A stretch of 64,000 bases of DNA from an uncultured Thermoplasmata archaeon. GTDB taxonomy: Archaea; Thermoplasmatota; Thermoplasmata; Lutacidiplasmatales; UBA184. Under the pieces are notes generated by a model. That model did not search any database, was not told the origin of the DNA, and was given only the letters and a program-made list of their open reading frames with translations. The translations under genes and the position numbers were made by a program. This document shows, piece after piece, positions 30,474 through 42,135 of this stretch. Within the stretch, counting starts at the first letter, position 1, and each line of letters opens with the position of its first letter. The DNA is taken from the NCBI GenBank assembly GCA_963715645.1, contig OY970259.1:815889-879888 (forward strand), in the 5' to 3' direction.

Positions 30474-31102
30474 ATGCCCGACCGTCCATCTGTAGAGGCC
30501 GTCACCGAAGCCCTTGCGAAGGCGCCGGAACGGAAGTTTCCCGAGACGGTAGAGCTCTCCGTGAACCTGAAGGACCTCGACCTTGCGATTCCCAAGAACC
30601 GGATCGAAGACGACGTCCCGTTGCCCCACGGCCGGGGGAAACCCGTCAAGGTCGCGGTGTTCGGCTCGCCCGAACTCGGCCAGAAGGTGCGGTCCGTCGC
30701 CGACCTGGTCATCACGCCGGCCGACCTCGAAGAGCTCGCCAAGGACCCGAAGGCGGCGAAGCGGCTCGTCGAAGAGGTAGATTTCTTCCTCGCCGAGGCG
30801 CCGATGATGCCCGCGATCGGAAAGCGCCTCGGGATCGTCCTGGGCCCCCGGGGCAAGATGCCCCGACCGGTCCCCCCGGCACCGACCCGACCAACCTCAT
30901 CGGCGCGATGAAGCGGTCCGTCCGCGTCCGCTCGAAGGGGAACCGTACCTTTCACGCCGCCGTCGGGATTCGGTCGATGCCGCCGGACCAGATCGCCCAG
31001 AACATTGACGCGGTCCTGCAGCGGCTCCTGGGGAAGCTCGAGCGCGGCCGGTACGAACATCGAATCCGTCTACGTGAAGACCACGATGGGGCCGGGCCGG
31101 TC
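30474..31102 (+). CDS. rpl1: ribosomal protein L1; two frameshifts near the 3' end
   Basis: ...VNLKDLDLAIPKNRIEDDVPLPHGRGKPVKVAVFG..., then KRSVRVRSKGNRTFHAAVGIRSMPPDQIAQNIDAVL, then ...NIESVYVKTTMGP in three frames. Confidence 0.8.
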
Positions 31103-31125
31103 CGGATCTGGTAGGAGGGACTTCG

Positions 31126-31985
31126 ATGGTCGGACGCGGCCTGTACCCCCCGCGCGGCTCGCTCGAGTCGAGGAGCTCTCCGAGACCATCCTCGCCCGCC
31201 CTCTCACCGCCCTGGTCGGGGTTCGGGGAGTCCCCGCGGCAGCCCTGCAACGGATGCGGCGGGAGCTCCGGCGAAGGGAGAGGCCGATCGTCGTTGCCCC
31301 GAACACTGCGATTCGCCACGCGCTCGAACGTGCCGGGGAGAAGCGCCCGGCGCTCAAGCCCCTGCTCGCGGAGGTCAACGACCAGACCGCGCTCCTCGCT
31401 GCCGAGGGCAACCCGTTCGCCCTCTACCAGGAGTTTTTGAAGACGCGTTCCCCGACCCCCGCGCGCGGGGGAGAGCTCGCCCCCGCCGACATCCGGGTCC
31501 CGGCACAGACGACCAGCTTCAAACCGGGCCCGATCGTCGGGGAGCTCCAGCACGCCGGCTTACCGGCGATGATCGAGAAGGGGAAAGTCGTCCTCAAGAA
31601 GGACACGCTCATCGTCAAGGCCGGCCAGGCGATCTCGCGCGATGTCGCGGGGATGCTGACCCGACTCGAGATCTTCCCGCTCGAGGTGGGGCTTACGCTC
31701 CGCGCGGTCGTCGAAGGGGGGACGTTCTACCCGGCGAGCGTCCTCGCGGTCGACCTCGACGCCCAACGCGCCCAGCTCGGTCGCGCCGCGCAGCTCGCGC
31801 TGGGCCTCGCACTCGAGCTCGGCTACGCCACCCCCGCCACCGTGCCGCTCCTCATTGCAAGGGCGCACCGACGAGCGCTCGCGGTCGCCATCGCGGCCGG
31901 CTATCCCACCCCGGAGACGATCACCCCCCTCTTCGCCCAGGCAGTCCGCGCTGCGGCCGCGCTCGGGAAGATCACAGGTACCTAG
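31126..31985 (+). CDS. rplP0: ribosomal protein uL10 (acidic stalk protein P0); frameshift in the C6 run at 31147-31152
   Basis: ATG at 31126. After the C-run shift: ARLARVEELSETILARPLTALVGVRGVPAAALQRMRRELR...IVVAPNTAIRHAL. The C-terminus as assembled lacks the usual acidic tail. Confidence 0.75.
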
Positions 31986-32018
31986 GATGGTCCCCCCCAG
32001 AATCACGGAGTGAGAACG

Positions 32019-32333
32019 ATGGAGTACGTCTACGGAGCCCTGCTGCTCAACGCCGCCGGAAAGCCGATCGATGAGAAGTCCCTGACCGGGCTCCTGACCG
32101 CCGCGGGCGTCGCGCCCGACGCGGGCCGGGTCAAGACGCTGATGGCATCGCTCGAGGGGGTCAACCTCGCCGAGGTCCTCGCGAAGGCCGAGACGTTCTC
32201 CGCACCCGCCCCGTCGGCCCCCGCGGCCGAGAAGAAGGACGGCAAGGGCGAGAAGAAGGAAGAAGAGAAGAAGGAAGAGAAGGGCGTCTCCGAGGAAGAG
32301 GCGGCCGAAGGACTCTCCGCTCTCTTCGGCTGA
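32019..32333 (+). CDS. rpl12: ribosomal stalk protein P1 (L12e)
   Basis: [26 protein letters not shown]...[27 protein letters not shown] is the typical acidic stalk C-terminus. Confidence 0.85.
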   Translation: MEYVYGALLLNAAGKPIDEKSLTGLLTAAGVAPDAGRVKTLMASLEGVNLAEVLAKAETFSAPAPSAPAAEKKDGKGEKKEEEKKEEKGVSEEEAAEGLSALFG

Positions 32334-32404
32334 GCGCGCCCGCTCCCCTTAAGACCCGTAGCCGAGTAGTGTCGACCGGAGGCCGCTGAGGCCACGGTCG
32401 ACCC

Positions 32405-33811
32405 ATGCCGGCGCGCGAGTTTTGCGGCATCGTGGGGGTCTCTCTCCAAGGAAAGGGGGCGGCCCCGTTCCTGTTCCGGGGCCTCCGGGCCCTGCAACAC
32501 CGCGGGCAGGAGGCGACCGGCATGGCCACCTCGAGCCACGGCATCCTCCACCACCGGAAGGGGAACGGGCTCGTCCACGAGGTCTTCACCCAGGACATCC
32601 TCGACTCCCTTCGGGGCTCGGCGGGCATCGGGCACAATCGGTACCCGACCACCGGCACGACCGACCTCGAGAACGCGCAACCGATCGTTTTCAAGCTGAA
32701 GACCGACGAGGCGGCCCTCGCCGCGAACGGGGACCTGGTGAACTTCGAGCGCGTGCGGCACCGGCTCCAGGCGCAGGGCGTCGACCTGCTCGGCAATGCT
32801 GACACGGAGACGATGGCCCAGATGATTGCGGTCGAGTTCAGTCGCACCCGGGACCTCGAGGGGGCGATCCGCCGCGCCGCGACGGAGCTCGTCGGCGGCT
32901 ACTCCGTCGTGATGCTCGTCGGGAACCGGGTCCTGGCGTTCCGGGACCCGCTCGGGATGCGACCCTTGGTCTTCGGGACGATCGACGGCGGGGTCGCCGT
33001 CGCGAGCGAGTCGGTCGCCCTCGAGCTGATGGGCGGCAAGGTCGTTCGGGACGTCCTCCCCGGTGAGGTCCTCGTGCTGGAGAAGGGGCAGTTGCTCCGC
33101 TCCTCCCGCATTCCGGGGAGCGGAGGTCGGGCCCATTGCATGTTCGAGTGGGTGTACTTCTCGCGCCCCGACTCGATCGTGGAGGGGCAGAGCGTCTACG
33201 ACGCCCGCCACCGCATCGGACTCCGGTTGGCCAGGGACAGCCCTGTCGAGGCGGACCTGGTCGTCCCGGTCCCCGACTCGGCCCGTCCGCAAGCGCTCGG
33301 CTTTTCGGAAGGCTCCGGCATCCCGTACGCCGAGGCGCTGATCAAGAACCGGTTCGTCGAGCGGACGTTCATCATCCCCGACCAGAAGCGTCGGGAGCTC
33401 GAGGTCCGGGTAAAGCTCCACCCTGTCCCGGGGCTGCTGCGCGGCAAACGGGTCGTCCTGGTGGACGACTCCATCGTGCGCGGCACGACACTCCGCGAGA
33501 TTGTCCAGATGGTGCGTCATGCCGGCGCTACCCGGATCGACGTGCGCGTCGGATGCCCTCCCATCGTCGCCCCGTGCTACTTCGGGATCGACATGAAGGA
33601 ACGCAAGGACCTCATCGCGTCCGAGCGCACCGAGGAGCAGATCGCCGCGGAGGTCGGGGCCGATTCGGTTCGCTACCTCTCGGTGCCGGGCCTCGTCGAG
33701 GGGATCGGGATGCCCGGCGATAGCCTCTGTCTCGGCTGCCTGACCGGCCGCTACCCCGTCGAGGTGCCGGAAGAGCGCCATCGCTTCCAGAAATCCCTCG
33801 CGGAGTTCTAG
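32405..33811 (+). CDS. purF: amidophosphoribosyltransferase
   Basis: N-terminal CGIVG nucleophile, glutamine amidotransferase domain, PRTase motif VVLVDDSIVRGTT, CxxC cluster ligands near the C-terminus. Confidence 0.9.
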   Translation: MPAREFCGIVGVSLQGKGAAPFLFRGLRALQHRGQEATGMATSSHGILHHRKGNGLVHEVFTQDILDSLRGSAGIGHNRYPTTGTTDLENAQPIVFKLKTDEAALAANGDLVNFERVRHRLQAQGVDLLGNADTETMAQMIAVEFSRTRDLEGAIRRAATELVGGYSVVMLVGNRVLAFRDPLGMRPLVFGTIDGGVAVASESVALELMGGKVVRDVLPGEVLVLEKGQLLRSSRIPGSGGRAHCMFEWVYFSRPDSIVEGQSVYDARHRIGLRLARDSPVEADLVVPVPDSARPQALGFSEGSGIPYAEALIKNRFVERTFIIPDQKRRELEVRVKLHPVPGLLRGKRVVLVDDSIVRGTTLREIVQMVRHAGATRIDVRVGCPPIVAPCYFGIDMKERKDLIASERTEEQIAAEVGADSVRYLSVPGLVEGIGMPGDSLCLGCLTGRYPVEVPEERHRFQKSLAEF

Positions 33812-33814
33812 GGC

Positions 33815-34739
33815 GTGGGGACCGCCGTCGTCCTGTCCGACGGACCTCGGTTGACCGCGGTCGAACTACCGCCCGGCGGCCCGAGCCCCACGTTCCCCCT
33901 CGGGCCCGCCCCGGTCCCGGCCGCCCATCGGTACCTTGCGCTGGGCGCGGGCGAGTTCCCGGCCCCCTTGCTTCAGGCTTTGCGAGCCCTGCCGCCCACA
34001 ACGCGGGTCGCTGCCGCCGACCCACGCTGGGTCGCGGGTCTCTCCCGCGGGACGGGCCGCGAGGTCCGGCTCGGCCTCCCTGACGGAGCTGCGGAGCGCA
34101 CGAGCCGAGGTCGCCCGCCGCGAGGCTCCGGAGGACCGGGCGTTCCTGCTGGCGGTCGCCCACCAGGAACTGGAGAGGTCGCTGGCCTCGCCGGAGGAGG
34201 TGCTGATCTCGCTGGCGCGCGAGGAGGAACGGGTCGAGCGGGCGCTGGGCCGCGAAGAACGGGCGGCCGACGCATTCGTCACCGTTCAGGGCACGCTGTT
34301 GGAAGAGTACCAGCCGGCTTGGGCCGGTGCACGCGCCTCGCTCGCCCGCCACCACGCGAGCCTCGTCTCCCTTCTCGAACGCGCGGCCCAAGAGGTCGCC
34401 CCGAATCTAGCGGTCATCGTCGGTGAGCGGGTCGCTGGCCGTCTCGTCGCGGCGGCGGGGAGCGTGACGGCCCTGGCCCGGATGAGCGGCTCCCGGATCC
34501 AGCTCCTGGGTTCGCGTCGTCGTCCCTCCCCAGAGCGGGGCCCCCGCTACGGAGTGATCTATCGGGCGGTCCGGATGAACGACCTTCCCATCGCTCGCCG
34601 GGGGGCCTATGCCCGAAGCCTCGCGGCGCTCGCCGCGATCGCCGCCCGCGCGGATGCCACCACGCACGCCGAGGTAGCGACCGGGCTGCTGGCCCGCAGG
34701 GACCGACGGGTCGAAGCGCTCCGACGGAGGACGCGATGA
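33815..34739 (+). CDS. C/D box snoRNP protein Nop5 (Nop56/58 homolog); frameshifted
   Basis: Nop domain: APNLAVIVGERVAGRLVAAAGSVTALARMSGSRIQLLG...RYGVIY...ARRGAYARSLAALAAIAARAD. Immediately precedes fibrillarin. Confidence 0.75.
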
Positions 34740-35506
34740 GAGCGGGCCGGACGTTCCGCCCCTCCCCGGATAGCCCGCGGCTCGTGAGCGTAGGCTCTGC
34801 CGACCGGTTGGAGCTCTGGACCGAGACGGTCGGAGCCGAGCCCGCCGTCTACGGGGAACGGTGGGCCTACTCGGGGAACCGGTCCTACCGCGCGTTCGAA
34901 CCCGCGCGCTCGAAGCTGTCGGCTGGCCTCGTCCGGGATTGGCGGGGCCCCGTGCCGGCCGAGGGGGAACGATGGCTCTACCTCGGGGCGGCCAGCGGGA
35001 CCACGGCGTCCCATGTCGCCGACTTGGTCGGACCTGCCGGCCGCGTCTATGCGGTGGAGCGAAGTCTGAGGCCGTTCCACCGGCTGCTCGCCCTGGCGCT
35101 TCGCTGGCCCAGCCTCGACCCGGTCCTCGCGGACGCGCGGGAACCCCGGGGCTACTCCGGACTGGTTCCCCCGGTCGACGGCGTCTACGTGGACATCGCG
35201 CAGGCGGACCAGGTGGAGATCGCGATGGGGAACGCCGCGTTGTTCCTGCGGGGCGCGGGGGGCAGCCTCGTGATGGCCCTCAAGACCGCGAGCATGGGCC
35301 GGGACGCCTCGGCCCCCCAGCACGTGCGTCGGGCCGAAGAGGAGCTAGGGAGCGCCTTCGACCTCGACCCGAGCGTCCGGCTGGACCCGTTCCATCGGGG
35401 CCACTACCTGGTCGGCGGGAGCGCGCGGCCGGAGCTCTTCGCGGAAGCTCCCCGACCGCGGTCTACGCCGAGACGCGTGCGGACCCCCGAGCGATCACGA
35501 CGGTGA
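34736..35506 (+). CDS. flpA: fibrillarin (rRNA/tRNA 2'-O-methyltransferase)
   Basis: YRAFEPARSKLSAGL...WLYLGAASGTTASHVADLVG..GRVYAVERS...DAREP..Y..LVPPVDGVYVDIAQ. 3' end may be shorter than the ORF. Confidence 0.8.
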   Translation: MRAGRTFRPSPDSPRLVSVGSADRLELWTETVGAEPAVYGERWAYSGNRSYRAFEPARSKLSAGLVRDWRGPVPAEGERWLYLGAASGTTASHVADLVGPAGRVYAVERSLRPFHRLLALALRWPSLDPVLADAREPRGYSGLVPPVDGVYVDIAQADQVEIAMGNAALFLRGAGGSLVMALKTASMGRDASAPQHVRRAEEELGSAFDLDPSVRLDPFHRGHYLVGGSARPELFAEAPRPRSTPRRVRTPERSRR

Positions 35507-36584
35507 CGATGTCCTCGTCCGCGAGGACGTGGTCGCGCCCTACCGTCTGACCGGGGAACCGCGCACTCGGCCCCCAGATCTGGGCGGCCCGGAACGACCG
35601 GGTCAGGTCCGCCGGCAGCCGTGCAAGCAGGGAGTCGACGGAGTCTCCCTGGCGAAGGATCAGCGGCTCCTCCTTGTCGGGCGGTCTCCCGGGGGGCTTC
35701 ACATAGATGCGGATGAAGCGGAGGGAATGTCCGATCCGCTCCACAAGCTCCTCGAGCCCCGCGCGGGTGCGCGCCGAGATGAAGATCGGCACGGTGGGTC
35801 GCAATTCGGCGGCGAGGCGCGTCCGGTCCACGGGGCTGAGGAGCTCCGACTTGTTGACCGCGGCGATGGCGGAGACGTAGACGCGGTTGCCCGCCAATAC
35901 GTCGATCAGCTGGTCGGCCGTGGCGTCCTCTCGGAAGACGATCGAACCGTTGTGGACCCCGAACTCGCGGGCGATCTGGGCCGCGATTCCGCCCGCGAGA
36001 TGGGTCAGCTTCACGGTGCTCGAGACCGTCAGTCCGCCCCGCTCAGAGCGTTGGACGACGATCCGCGGCGGCCGCTGGTTGATCCGGACCGCCGCTCCCT
36101 CGAGCTCGTTCTGCAGCGCCTGGAGGTTGGTGTGATCCGGGTCGATCAGGAAGAGGATCAGGTCGACCGACCGGACCACCCCTAGCACTTCGCGTCCGCG
36201 GCCCCGGCCTTTGGCCGCTCCCGGGACGAGTCCGGGCATGTCGAGGATCTGGATCGATGCCCCGCTCCAGCGAAGCATCCCCGGGATGATGGTGAGGGTC
36301 GTGAAGTCGTAGGCGGCGGTCTCGCTTTCTGCGGCGGTGAGACTATTGAGGAGGGTCGATTTTCCCACCGATGGGTAGCCGACCAGTCCCACCGTCGCGT
36401 GCCCGCTCTTCCGGACCCCGTACCCGACGCCTCCGCCCTTTCCCTTTGCCCGAGTCTCTCGAGCGATCCGGAGAACCGCGAGCTTGGCCTTGAGGCGGCC
36501 GATGTGCAGCTGTGTCGCTTTGTTGTACTTGGTGCGGCGGATCTCGTCCTCCACCTCAGTAATCTGATCTTCAAGGGACGACAT
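35463..36584 (-). CDS. developmentally regulated GTP-binding protein (DRG, Obg superfamily) with C-terminal TGS domain
   Basis: Start at MSSLEDQITEVEDEIRRTKYNKATQLHIGRLKAKLA; G1 GYPSVGKSTLL; FTTLTIIPG; LDMPGLVPGAAKGRGRG. Confidence 0.8.
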   Translation of the reverse strand: MSSLEDQITEVEDEIRRTKYNKATQLHIGRLKAKLAVLRIARETRAKGKGGGVGYGVRKSGHATVGLVGYPSVGKSTLLNSLTAAESETAAYDFTTLTIIPGMLRWSGASIQILDMPGLVPGAAKGRGRGREVLGVVRSVDLILFLIDPDHTNLQALQNELEGAAVRINQRPPRIVVQRSERGGLTVSSTVKLTHLAGGIAAQIAREFGVHNGSIVFREDATADQLIDVLAGNRVYVSAIAAVNKSELLSPVDRTRLAAELRPTVPIFISARTRAGLEELVERIGHSLRFIRIYVKPPGRPPDKEEPLILRQGDSVDSLLARLPADLTRSFRAAQIWGPSARFPGQTVGRDHVLADEDIVTVVIARGSARVSA

Positions 36585-37306
36585 CGCAGACGGATCCGGC
36601 CACTTCTCGGGGGTCGCCCCCGGTACTTGAGTCTGACGTGGAGGCACGGTTCACCCTCCGACGCCTCCGAAAAGTGGGAGCGAGCCTCCCCGAGTGAGGT
36701 TCGTGGCCGGTTCTCACTCCCCTCCTCCGACCGCGGTAGCGGCGTGGGGTTTCGTCCCGCATCCGGATCGGGGAGATCCCCCCCGCGGAGGAGCTCGCGT
36801 TCCGGTCGAACCTCGCGAGTGCGCTCCGCACGGGGCAGGGTCTCGGCGTCGAGATCGGCCTCGGGGTAGGCTCCGGTCCCGACCCCCGACTCTCCGTGTG
36901 GGCGCTCACCCCGGAGTCGGCCCGTTGGATGACCCGGGTCATTGGCCGGGTGTATGGACCTCACCAGTGGGCCCCGGAACCACCCCCCGAACCCGCCCCC
37001 CAGGAGAAATCCCGCAAGCTGACCGCCCGCCGGCTCTTCGGCTGGCCCGAACCCCTCGGGACCTCGGGTCCCTTGACCGCCGTCCTCGACGCTTCCTCAA
37101 TGGTGCTGAGCGCGGTCCCCCGTGGGGCCACCCTCACCTGGTGGTGGAAGTCGGTCCGACTCGCTCGACCCAAGAGCTGGGAAGCACCGCCTCCGCGTCC
37201 CCCCTTCACCCCGCCACCGAATCGAACACCGTTCCCGAGCCGACTCGCGCAACGCGCCGAGCCGGTGGATGTTCCGACGCAGCGTCCACTGTTCGGGCGC
37301 CTCCAG

Positions 37307-38700
37307 ATGACGCTCGAGTTCGAGAGCGGAAGCCCCGCCTTCCGCCAGGCGACCCGGGTGAAGGATGCGCTCGAAGCGGTGGCGAGTTCCGAACGCGGGA
37401 ACCGAATCCTCTTCCGAAGCTCCCCCGAAGTGTTCGGTCGACCCCTCTGGCCGGACGGGGGGATGTTGGTGTCCGTCGAGGAGTGGGAGCGATTCTGGCC
37501 CCGGCCCTGGTGCCCTGCCCTCGGCGGGCGCAACGAGCCGCGCCTCGACGGGTGGGTGCTTCCGCTAGGGAGAACGGCGACCGGTGCCGTGGTCGGCCCG
37601 TGGGTAGAGGTAGCCCAAGGCCGCCATCTCGCGGTGCTGGGCGAGACCGGGATGGGGAAGAGCTCCCTGCCTAGTCGCGGTCGCCCACCGTGCCTTTCGC
37701 CGGGCGGGTGGGGTCGTCTTCGACCCCCTCGGGGAGACGGTCCGTTCCCTGCGAGACGAGCTTCCCCCGGAGGTTCTACGCCGGGTGGTGTGGATCGCTC
37801 CCGAGCCCGGGGCGGTAGGCGTGAACGCCCTGGAAGGAGTAGGAGCCGGGTCGGAGGAGGACCCGATCCGGTCCGAACGCCGGTTGAACGACCTCGTCCA
37901 CGCCCTCCGACGTGTCCGCTCGGGTCGCTACGAGGACTCCTCCTACTGGGGCCCACGCCTCGAGGAAATGGTGACTCGGGCCGTGCGCGCCGCGGCCGCC
38001 CTTCCCCGCGGTACCCTCGTCGACGCGCACACCCTCCTCGCCACGTCGGCGCGTCTCGGCCGGCCGGTCCCGGCTCGGCCGTCGAGGCGGTTCGGGAGCT
38101 AGCCGACCGGATCCGCGACCGACCGGAGGACGCGGATGGAGCCCGACGGTTACTTCACGAGGTAGTACGCAGTCCGGTCCTGGTCCGAATGCTCTGCGAA
38201 CCCGAGCCCCGACGGAGCACCCGTGACCTAGTCGCGCCCGGACGGGTCGTCCTCATCTCGGGAGACGCGGCCGCGGTCGGCGAGCCTACCTCCCGCTACT
38301 TGCTCTCGGTCTACCTCGCCCTCGTCTGGTCCGAGCTCCTCGCCCGAGGGGGGACTCCGAAGACCTTCGTGGTCCTGGACGAGGCCCAGTGGTTCTCCCA
38401 CGAGAGTCTCGGGGAGATGCTCCGCTTGGGCCGGCGGCGGAACGTCCATGTCATCCTAGCGACCCAGGCGGTCGCTTCCCTCTCCCCGGCCGTCGGCGAG
38501 GCGGTGTGGACTAACGTCTCGGACTTTGTCGCCTTCCGGGGTTCCCCCGAGGAGGCGCGGGAGTTTTCCCGCGCGAGCCGGAGCGTCTCGGCCGAGGAAC
38601 TCCTCGCGTTGCCCCGTGGGAGCGCCGCCGTCCTCCTCGGCAAAGGACACGTCGTGCGGTGGGTCCGCACGACCCGGCGCCCGGCTCATTCCGGGGCTTC
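37307..38700 (+). CDS. HerA/FtsK-like (DUF87/AAA_10-type) P-loop ATPase; several frameshifts
   Basis: Walker A LAVLGETGMGKSSL (~37640), then in another frame VVFDPLGE... Walker B TFVVLDEAQWF (~38369), then RLGRRRNVHVILATQAVASLSPAVGEAVWTNVSDFVAFRG (HerA/FtsK arginine-finger/Q region). Both N-terminal limit and C-terminal extent (possibly to 39065) uncertain. Confidence 0.5.
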
Positions 38701-39146
38701 CCCGGCTGCGGACGCCGCGGGGTCGGCAAGTGCCCCGGACCCGCCCTATGACGGAGAGCCCTCCCCAGGGGGGTGTCCGGACCGGACGCCGACGTGCCGA
38801 CCGAGCTGGTGCGTCGGGCGGCAAGCCTACGGCCGCCGGCGAGCCGCTCGTGGTGAGGCTGGACGACCTGCGACGGGACGTGGACCCAGCGGGCTTCGGC
38901 GTGCGCCGGGCGGGCTCCCTCCTAGGACGTCTCGGCCTCCTTGCCCGCGACGACGGAGACGCCGGGGGCCCGCGATGGACCATCGCCCCCGAGCATCTCC
39001 CCGGACTTCGGAGCGCGGCGTCCCCGGCCTCCGCCGAGGCTTCCCGCGCGCCACAACCCTCTTAGGCTCGGGGTGGCTCTTTCCGGTCGATGGAGGCTCC
39101 GCCGGAGACCGCCCCCCAAACCCCTGTGCCCTCGGGCGGGGGCCTG

Positions 39147-39904
39147 ATGGCCCCGGCCACGGTTCTGGGACGGTGCAGCACCGGGATCGAGGGCCTGGAC
39201 AACATCCTGTACGGGGGGGTCCCGCGCGGCAACATGGTCCTCGTTGCCGGGAGCGTCGGGACCGGAAAGACAACGCTCTGCCTCGAATTCCTGGTCCGGG
39301 GGGCGGAACGCGGCGAGCGCTCCCTGTTCATCTCGGTGACCGAGTCCTCGGACAAGTTGATCCAGAACCTCTCGACCTTCGAGTTCTTCCGGACCGAGCT
39401 TGTCACGAACGGCTCGCTTGTCTTCGTCGACCTGCCCGTCGTCTACGACCGGCTCGGGACTGGAGCACGAGGAGCTCACCCCTGACGAGATCGCGATCCT
39501 GATCCGGACGATCCGCGACCTGGTCCGGAACCTCGGCATCAAGCGCCTGGTCCTCGACAGCTTGACCTCCGTGTGCTACCGCATCCGGCGCGACGAGCGG
39601 ATCCGCGACTTCATGCTCCGTCTAGGCCAGGAACTCAGCGATGCCGGATGCACGTCCCTTCTCGTCTCGGAGATCGGGCCGACGCCCGGTCCGCTACTCG
39701 CTCCATGGAGTGGAGGAGGCGATCGTGGACGGGGTCCTCCTGTTGTGGAACGCTCGACGGCAGGGGGACATCCTTCGGGTCCTCCAGGTCATCAAGATGC
39801 GGGGCACGGCGCACTCCCAGGCCCAGTACGTGGTAGAACTGACGCCGATCGGGATGCTCCTCGCCCCCCACCTGAAGGGCGCGCGGGCCGAGGGCGGGAC
39901 GTAG
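39147..39904 (+). CDS. KaiC/RadA-like RecA-superfamily ATPase with intact Walker A; frameshifted
   Basis: STGIEGLDNILYGGVPRGNMVLVAGSVGTGKTTLCLEFL; later RLVLDSLTSV and DGVLLLWNARRQGDILRVLQVIKMRGTAHS in other frames. Confidence 0.65.
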
Positions 39905-39907
39905 CCC

Positions 39908-40489
39908 GTGCCGATCGACATCGGGGAGCGACTGCGAGGACTGCCGGGCGGCAGCGCCGTGACGCTCAAGCTCGACCCGCGCGAGTATGCGGACCACTAC
40001 TTTGCCGTGCTGAACGCGACCCTGCGCGACGTCGGCAGTGAGACGGACGCCCACACGATCTACGTGGCGGTCACGAACCCGGCCTCCTTCGTCTGGAGCC
40101 TGGCGCAGGCGCTCGACGTCCCCGAGGACCGGATCTCGTTCGTCGACGCGATCAGCCACATCATGATGAATTACGGAAACCCCCTCCCCAACGCCACCTA
40201 CATCGAGAGCCCACGGGCCCTGGAGGCGATCATGCTCCGGGTGGAGTACCTCCTGCGGAAGTTCCCGCACCCCCGCTCGATCGTAGTCATCGACAGCGTG
40301 AACTCCCTCGCGATCCACAACCCGCCCGACCTGCTCTCCGAGTTCTTCCACATCCTCATCAACACCCTCAAGACGCGACAGGTTCTGACCGTGGTCCTCG
40401 AGACATCGGACGAGGAAGCGTCGAGCGTGGAGGCGATGCTCAACCTCGTGGTCGACGAGACCATCGACGTGGCCCGGGCGGGAACCTGA
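39908..40489 (+). CDS. KaiC-like RecA-fold domain protein lacking a P-loop (degenerate)
   Basis: GTG one codon after the upstream TAG, same frame. SIVVIDSVNSLAIH...VLTVVLETSDEEASSVEAMLNLVVDETIDV. No GxxGxGK[ST]. Confidence 0.5.
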   Translation: MPIDIGERLRGLPGGSAVTLKLDPREYADHYFAVLNATLRDVGSETDAHTIYVAVTNPASFVWSLAQALDVPEDRISFVDAISHIMMNYGNPLPNATYIESPRALEAIMLRVEYLLRKFPHPRSIVVIDSVNSLAIHNPPDLLSEFFHILINTLKTRQVLTVVLETSDEEASSVEAMLNLVVDETIDVARAGT

Positions 40490-40491
40490 CG

Positions 40492-41300
40492 ATGATCGAC
40501 GCCGACCGGATCTTCGGCATCCCCGAGATCGACTACCCGATCTCCACGGCCCTCCCCCCCGGATGGCTGGCGGTGTTGACCGGGTCCTCGGCCTCCGGGG
40601 CCCCGCTGCTCGCCAAACAGTTCGCCCACGCCGGGCGTCGGGAGCGTCCCGGTCCTGTTCTACACGACCTACGAGCGGACGATGGACGTCAAGAAGGTGT
40701 TCGACGACTTCGGCTGGGACCCTTCGGCGATCCAGGTCGTCAACCTCGCGGACGAGTACGACGAGCGGGTCCTGGTCCGCGGTCTGGAGGTCGCGACGGC
40801 CCGAGAGAAGGGCCTCTCCCTCAGTCAGTTGACGAACGAGTCTCCGGCCGACCGGTCGGGCTCCGCCTTCAGCCTCACCAGCCGGATGCTGAGCGACCTG
40901 GCGGCGATCGACACCCCGTTCCGGCTCGTCCTCGACTCGGTCGACTTCTTCTTCGAGGTGCTGTCTCCGGCGGACGTCACCACGGTGGCCCGCCAGATCC
41001 GGTATCGGTGCCAGTCGATCGGCGGCCACGCGATGCTCGCGGTCCACTCGCGCGCCCACGACCCGCGGATCATCGGGGCGCTCGAGGACCTGGCCGATGT
41101 CGTGGTCGACCTTCGGGCCCTCCCTCGGGGGCGAGGCTACGAGCACACGATCTACGTCGAGAAGGTGCGGAACCGTCCCGACCTCCAGCGGATTGCCCGA
41201 GCGCGGGTGACCGAACAGGGATGGCAGGTCGACGAGTCGGGCGAGCCCCCCTCGGGTACACCCGCCTACGTCCCCGTAACCGCAACCTTATCGCCCTCGT
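40492..41300 (+). CDS. second degenerate KaiC-like RecA-fold domain protein; frameshifted
   Basis: GWLAVLTGSSASGAPLLAKQFAHAG (P-loop-like, no Lys/Thr); FRLVLDSVDFFFE...HAMLAVHSRAHDP...LADVVVDLR. 3' end approximate. Confidence 0.5.
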
Positions 41301-41328
41301 CCGGCTCGACTCGGTACGAGGGAGCATC

Positions 41329-42113
41329 ATGGAGGACGTCGTCATCCGTCAGCTCGAGAAGGTCGAGCTCCGGACCCGGTCCTGGTCGAGGGATTGCCGG
41401 GCGTGGGGAACGTCGGGAAACTCGCGGCCGACTACCTGCGCGACCAGCTGCCCGCAAAGCCGCTCGCGACGATCTTCTCGAAGTTCTTCCCGCCGCAGGT
41501 CTACGTTAACGAGGAGGGGATCATCCGGCTCGTCTCGAACGAGATCTCGTACTGGAAGTCTCCCGCCCCCGGGGCCCGCGACCTCCTCGTGCTGGGCGGA
41601 GATTACCAGGGGATCTCCCCCGAGGGCCAGTACGAGATCACCGAACGCGTGCTCGAGTTCTGCGCGAAGCTGGGCGTCACGGAGGTCTTCACGCTCGCCG
41701 GGTTCGCGCAAGGCAAGGTCGTAGAGTCGCCGCGCGTCCTCGGGGCCGCGACGAGCCCCGAGCGCGTCGAGGCGATGAAGAAGCACGGGGTCGTCTTCTC
41801 CCGGAACGACCCGGGCGGCGGGCTGATCGGCGCCAGCGGGCTCTTCCTCGGTCTCGGGCGGATGTTCCAGATGGAGGGGGTCTGTCTCATGGGCGAGACG
41901 AGCGGGTACTTCGTCGACCCGCGGAGCGCCGAGGCGGTCCTGAAGGTACTCGTCCACGCCCTCCAGATCGACCTCGACTTCACGGCCCTCGAGTCGAAGG
42001 CCCAGGAGATCGACCGGATCGCACACAAGGTTCAGGAGGCCGAGCAGCGCTCCTCCGAAGGGACGCCGAGCGGGTCGACCGCGTCGCGCGACGACCTCGG
42101 CTACATCGGCTGA
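41329..42113 (+). CDS. PAC2 (proteasome assembly chaperone 2)-family protein; frameshift near 41370
   Basis: MEDVVIRQLEKVEL / PDPVLVEGLPGVGNVGKLAADYL ... VCLMGETSGYFVDPRSAEAVLKVLVHAL. Confidence 0.6.
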
Positions 42114-42135
42114 AGCGTCGCCCGGATCCCGGCCC

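Noticed and set aside
39904-39908. In-frame TAG between KaiC-like A and B as a possible read-through or recoded codon (single three-domain protein)
   Set aside because: Gene B begins with its own GTG one codon after the TAG, and typical operon spacing explains it. No evidence for recoding. Kept as separate genes but noted in the cluster finding.
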